A stretch of 64,000 nt of DNA from Epiperipatus broadwayi (taxonomy: Eukaryota > Animalia > Onychophora), in contig JAQFVV010000003.1 of NCBI GenBank assembly GCA_028023455.1, forward strand, positions 25,730,001 to 25,794,000, written 5' to 3'. Shown in pieces: positions 58,071 to 64,000 of this stretch. The notes under the pieces were generated by a model. The model was not told where the DNA came from, ran no database searches, and worked only from the letters and a program-made list of their open reading frames with translations. Every line of letters begins with the position of its first letter. Within the stretch, counting starts at the first letter, position 1. Both the position numbers and the translations under genes were made by a program.

Positions 58071-59640
58071 TATAAATGTTGATATTATATCCAATTTTCT
58101 ATATTCTTTTAAAAATTTTATACTATTATTAATATTATTTAATTTAATAACCAATTTCAATCTTTCAATTAAATAGTCCACTGTTTCTTTACTTTCCTTC
58201 TCTTTAACATAGTCTATTAAATTCTTGATAATCCTTATATTTTCCATGTATCCATTCACATTTCTTATTTCTTCTTATCCAATTCTAATGCTCCAATCTT
58301 TCTTAAAAGATATGTAGATAATTATTTATTTATATTTAATAAAACATAAAGACAGATAGATTTATTTATAGAGGATATAAACAAGATGGATAAAAATATT
58401 AAATTTACTATAGAAAAAGAAGAGAATAATATATTGACATATTTAGATATAAAGTTGATTAAGTCAAATGAAGAAGGGAAATGTAGGATTGAAACAACAA
58501 TTAATAAGAAAAATAATATAGATAATAAGATAACTAATTGGCATTCAAATACAAATATAAAATAAATACAATACATTCTAGAATTTATAGAGCAATAATT
58601 ATTGTTCAAGAAAAGAAAATTATATAAACAAATAGATTTAATAAAAGAAGAATTTATAAATAATGATTATCTAAATAAATTTATAAATGATAATATTAGG
58701 TTAATAGAAAATGTAATAGATTATATAAATAATAATAAAGATGAAAAGACAGGAAAATTAATAAAAATGTAATAACATAATAAATGTTAGAATAGTTAAT
58801 CAACAGAAAAAAATATGATTAGTATTTTAAAAAATATTGGTAATTATAATAAAAATTCAGAAATGAAATAAATGGAATATATGAATTTAATTGTAAAAAG
58901 TGTCAAATTAATAATATAAAGGTAAATTATGTAGGAGAAACAAAAAATTCAATATATAGAAAACTATTACAACATAAATATGATAAAAATTCACCAATAT
59001 ATTTATATAGATTACAAAAAGGGCATGAATTTAAAGATAGTAGCATAAAGATGATACAATTTACAAATAATAAAAGGGATAAAAAATAAAAAAAACTATT
59101 TATATTAATAATATTAAGCCAGTATTAAATAGAGATTTGGGCCTGAAAAAAATTTTGAAATAAAAAAAAGATTTAATTATATAAAAAATAGAAAGAGAGA
59201 GCTACTAAATATAACTGTAAAATTTAAAAGTTTAAATGGATAGCAGTTAAGATTTGAAAATATAAGTAGAATGTAGGTATAAAAAATATAATAAAAATAT
59301 TTATAATGAATAATAATGATGTAAAATATACAAATATGAATATATAATGTTAGAATTAAATATTTAAAAAAATTAATAATAAAAATGAATGAAATAAAAA
59401 TAATATATATATGACTATAAAAATATTGACTGATAAATATAGAATATAAAAAAGGTTAAGTGTATAATATATAAAAAGGTAATAATTATATAGAGAGGTA
59501 TATAAATATATGATTATAAGATGGAATATATATATATATAATGTAATGTATATTTGTATTCATGTATTTGTATTGTGTTTGTTATAATTCTGAAGAAGAT
59601 TGCCGGGGCAATCGAAACTATCAATAGTAGGTTGTAAAAA
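58071..59640 (+). mobile_element. Penelope-like element 2: inverted 5' ORF segment (about 58071-58285, minus) plus RT C-terminus, GIY-YIG endonuclease and 3' pLTR
   Basis: KRYVDNYL, KFTIEKEENNILTYLDI, GIYEFNCKKC...YVGETKN (GIY at 58874); HHR about 430 bp after the ORF end. Confidence 0.88.
59582..59637 (+). ncRNA. Type I hammerhead ribozyme of the PLE pseudo-LTR (family 3), apparently intact
   Basis: UUAUAAUU-CUGAAGA-A-GAUUGC-CGGG-GCAAUC-GAAA-CUA-UCAA-UAG-UA/GGUUGUAA; cut 59629/59630. Confidence 0.85.
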
Positions 59641-59671
59641 GCATTGAAAAAGTAATAAAGATCAAAAATTA

Positions 59672-59793
<122 letters not shown>

Positions 59794-62065
59794 ATATTAT
59801 TAATAGTAGCATTATAACATATTTTTATGTCCAATTTCACTTTGCTTATGACAAATCTTATAAAATTACCATCTCACAGGAGTTCTGCAATAATTTTCTG
59901 TATAGTTTCTTTCATTTTATTCTTGATTCTTTCACTATCAATTTTTCTTCTAAACTTTTTATTTTAATTTAATTTTTCTTGTTAGTATTTATAAAGAAGT
60001 ATTTATAAATAAATAACTTTATACATATTTTATCAACTTGTGTAATGAAATTCCTAAAAAAATTAATAAAAATAGAATGTTTAGTTAGTTGATCACAAGT
60101 CATGAAATATCCAAACAGCAGTTAGAATCAGGTTACACATTAACCCAAAAGTATTTTAGCATCTAATTCTGTCACTCTATCATGATAAGCAATACAATGA
60201 AAATCAAATGATTAATTTTCAGGATATCATATGAATTTGAATACTAGAAATAACAGGTTTAATTGCAATTGAGAAACATTCAGCTCTTGAATTTGTTCCT
60301 CTACTACTACATGACAAAGACCCATTAAGGCCTCTAAATACTGAGATAATAAAATAAACTGTGAGAGTAGATACAATAGCAAATTAATATCAAGATGCTC
60401 AAAATTATTGCTTTGTAGCATTTTAGAAGTGAATTTAATATATACGAGACATTTAGATCTCATTTTGTACTGATAATATATTTGTGCTGCAATAGGATAA
60501 AAGTTGATTTACTACTAGTAGCTATATAACATATGCTTATTAACTAACATATAAATAAAACACTATAAGTATTCAATAACTTCATATGTGACAGGTTAGT
60601 ATTGCCAAAGTTAATAAATGAAAGGAGTATTAATGATGCATCCAACAAATTATAAAACCAAATATATTTTTTATGCTAGTTCAAACATAATTCTGTGTGA
60701 CTCTATTAAATGATTTATTATATAGAATTTATGTCTGGTTTATATGAGTTTCATTATCCTATTTCTACATTTTTAGTATTGTTTATTGTTATTTAAACTT
60801 TATGACATTATTACTTCAATGTAGCATGTAAACATGAATGTGCACAATATCATTTAGACCATATGAACCTAAATAAGAATGAGATCTCTAGACAAAGTTT
60901 AAAACCAATGACCTAGCATGCCTAAAGTTGTGAACCATGCATACAAAGCATCTTATATTATATGTGTTATCTGCAATAGTAGCAACTTTATTATCAACAG
61001 TAATATTATAACTTGTGATTATATCATACAATCGGTTCTCAATAAATAAGTAAAGATAAAATATGTGTGTAACATACATTAACCATAACAATAAAATATA
61101 ATCAGAGAGAAATAATTAGGGTTCTGATCAACATTAAGTCATAACAATGATATAAATCACTTAATGAAGCTGTCTGTCATTCAAGTGCATGTATACATTT
61201 TAAAAATATCATATCAATACATATTAATATGTAGCAAACTAATCATCATATGCCAGGATTTCTATTGCAATGTATGGAATATCAAAATATAAATAAACAA
61301 TGAATACATATAACTTATTTTCAATATAAATGCTGAAATGTACAACAGCAAGCATCCATATCTTTATATTAATACAAGTATGCAGGAATACCACATCTGC
61401 ATTTATATAATCAAGATAGAACAATATACACTTGATTATTGATAAAAAATATTTTAAACTTTTAATAATTTTAATATCTTCACATCTGTTATTAATATTG
61501 ATTATATATAAAATATATTAGATACATGCACATCTCAAGCTCAACATCTCTATAGATAAACAACAGATAAATCCCTGCATTTTAATTATTTAAGTAGCAT
61601 TATAATCTCATTACAAGACTTTATAAAATTATTGCAAACACTTGACACTTACTCATTCAACACATATAAAATGACTTTTAAAAATTAATTAAATTCAGGT
61701 CATCTGCACTCTTCAATAATCTCAATTCTTCAACCAATCTTACTCTACATTTATTTATTTTATTACAAATTTATGATATTCAAAATAAAACTGTCTATAT
61801 ATTTTAAATTCTTATAAATCATTTACTTGAATAGTAATTAATTTATTATTTTAATTGTGCCCAATATAAATAAATCTATGTGAAGCTTTTATTAGTTTAA
61901 AAATAATACTAAAATATTATATTCAAAATTATTCAATTATTATTATTATTATTATAAAATATGCATTACTTATAAAACAGTTTAAAATAAATAAAATAAC
62001 AATAAGTGATAAATTTTAAGTGTTTCTATACTAAAAGCTATTTCATAAAAGTTTTTTTTTTTAAA

Positions 62066-62156
62066 GTGTCATAGCATCGGCTGGGACGCGAACCCGCAAC
62101 CCGGGCAACTGCCTGCAAGTGCAAGGCAGTCGCGCTGACCTCTCAACCACCAATGT
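62066..62156 (-). mobile_element. Short tRNA-derived SINE, young copy (tRNA-Gly-like acceptor stem)
   Basis: CATTGG/CCGATGC acceptor-like ends, A-box TGGTGGTTGAGAGG, B-box GGTTCGCGTCC, 11-nt anticodon loop, CTATGACAC then A-run; CpGs intact. Confidence 0.75.
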
Positions 62157-62701
62157 ACTTTATATATCCAATGTAAGGATAACCTATGAACAAATAGAGA
62201 TGTTGATATAGTGTATAATTTTGGTATAAGTATCTCAGTTATTGACTACAGATCTTTCATTTTTTTATTGATTTACTTGAATAATAGTTATAATATTTAA
62301 TATCCATTTTGTATATAATTATTTATTCCATTTATCTAGTTGCTATAGAGAGTAAGACAATTCATGATATTTTATTCCAAATGCATTCTGAAGATCTTAA
62401 GTATGAAGTTGATTCACTTACCTAAGAAAGATCTCATTAATTTCAGCCTGCCACTGAAGTTAAACATATTCTAGACATTTTAATTATAGCCACTTTAGAA
62501 ACTTGCTGATTATAGTTTTTTTTAATTTTTTTTTTAAATAATGCCAATTATAACACTGTGTTAATGTGTGATATAAATTAACAATCTGTTATTAAATGCT
62601 TTATAAATTTAAAATACTTATCTTATATTATAATTCTTCTTCTTCTTCTTCTTCTTCAAGAAGTATAATAACTACTCTTTCTTATTGCATTGCCAAATGT
62701 A

Positions 62702-63000
62702 TACCATATAATATTAAATCATCTATGCACTTTACTACTGTTACACAATGCTTTATTTACCATCCTCTTTTACAGTTTACAGTTTTGATTGCCCCAGCAA
62801 TTTTCTCCAAAACTTTTTATATCTTCTAACTTCAACTGCTAAATTCAATTTTTTTAAAAATTTAGCAGTCGAAGTTAGAGATGTAAAACGTTCTGAAGAA
62901 GATTGCTGGGCAATCAAAACTGTAAACTGTAAAAGAGGATGATAAATAAAGCATTGTGTAACAGTAGTAAAGTGCATGGATGATTTAGTATTATATGGTA
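62702..63000. repeat. Foldback of a PLE pLTR-like sequence, each arm with a decayed family 3 hammerhead
   Basis: Arms 62702-62845 / 62859-63000; CUGAAGA-A-GAUUGC-UGG-GCAAUC-AAAA at 62893-62919 (G12>A). Confidence 0.85.
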
Positions 63001-63260
63001 ATTATTATTATTACCTTTTTAAAAATTAAATTTAAAATTACTTTACACAATATTAAAAATTACAGGTATATTATATTTCAAAGAATTCTTAATATATATA
63101 TTTTTATTATTAACATTATACACGCAACATAACACATGTTTGTCTATTAGTGTTATAAGCTGATTTCTTCCTAAATTTGTTTTTTTATTATTATATTCAA
63201 ATGACTTTATTCTCTTGTTTCACATAGTTTGTCTCAAAAGTAAATATCTAGATACAGAGA

Positions 63261-63638
63261 CTTCAGACCACTCAAAGAAGTATGGAGAGATGCATGCTGG
63301 GAGTAACAAGAAGAGATCGAAAACGCAATGTATGGGTAAGAGAACAATCAGATGTTACTGACCTCATTAAAAAAATTAAAAGATTGAAGTAGAGTTGGGT
63401 TGGACATATTGCTAAAAGAGATGATAATAGATGGACAATTGAAGTCTTAAACTGGATTCCAAGAGATTGTAAAAGACCCAAAAAGAGACCACATGTGAGA
63501 TGGATGGATGAGATGAGAAAGTGTGCAGGGGTGATGTGGAGAAGAGAAGCTAAAGATCGGAGAAGATGGATTGAACTTGGAGAGACCTTTATCCTGCAGT
63601 GGATTGATAATGGTTGATGATGATGATGATGATGATGA
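63261..63638 (+). mobile_element. RTE-clade LINE 3' end with (GAT)n tail
   Basis: QRSMERCMLGVTRRDRKRNVWVR...WVGHIAKRDDNRWT...RPHVRWMDE...DRRRWIELGETF followed by (GAT)n. Confidence 0.92.
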
Positions 63639-64000
63639 CTACACCCCTATCTTTTCCCAGTATAAAAAAATGAATGGCTATTAACAGGTGAAATAAATAT
63701 TACATTTCAATATATATACACATATATGAGTTACATTAACGTTAAGGTTTTTTTAAATATTATTTCATAATTAAATAATTCCCATACTTGAGAATTTTAA
63801 ATAAATAGATGCAAATTTATCTGATTGATAATTTTATATGCTTAAGATCAGAGTTCAATTTGCATTCTCACATGTAATTTAATTAAAACTAATAGCTTTT
63901 ATTTTATATTACAAAAAGAATTATATATATTGAGATGGTATTTTCTGTCATCTCATATATATAAGTATACATATATTTCATTTAATAAAATTGTCTGTAG

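Noticed and set aside
62074-62156. Functional tRNA gene
   Set aside because: 11-nt anticodon loop, broken T-stem, and a diverged second copy with TSD indicate a SINE.

Overview
Very AT-rich (about 25% GC by eye), CpG-depleted eukaryotic DNA, most likely invertebrate intronic or intergenic sequence. I cannot support any complete host gene; nearly all listed ORFs are transposon relics or chance AT-rich frames. The window holds decayed mobile elements: two Penelope-like (PLE) RT/GIY-YIG elements, a Gypsy, an L1/Tx1-clade LINE with TSD, an RTE 3' end, a LINE gag relic, hAT, Tigger/pogo and mariner relics, tRNA-derived SINEs and long microsatellites. The main unannotated signal is a set of type I hammerhead ribozymes (HHRs): three clear families plus degenerate candidates. 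(1) A ~450-bp tandem retrozyme-like unit combining a minimal HHR with a tRNA-like Pol III module (array at 39.2-40.3 kb; copies at 11.0, 13.3 and 43.4 kb). (2) A 392-nt retrozyme with three HHR copies in inverted plus tandem arrangement (11.7-12.6 kb). (3) An HHR downstream of the PLE GIY-YIG region (59.6 kb), with a decayed foldback relative at 62.7-63.0 kb. Seven long foldback (inverted) duplications, several flanked by long TSD-like repeats, fit PLE-driven mobilisation. Folding, alignments and translations were done by eye.
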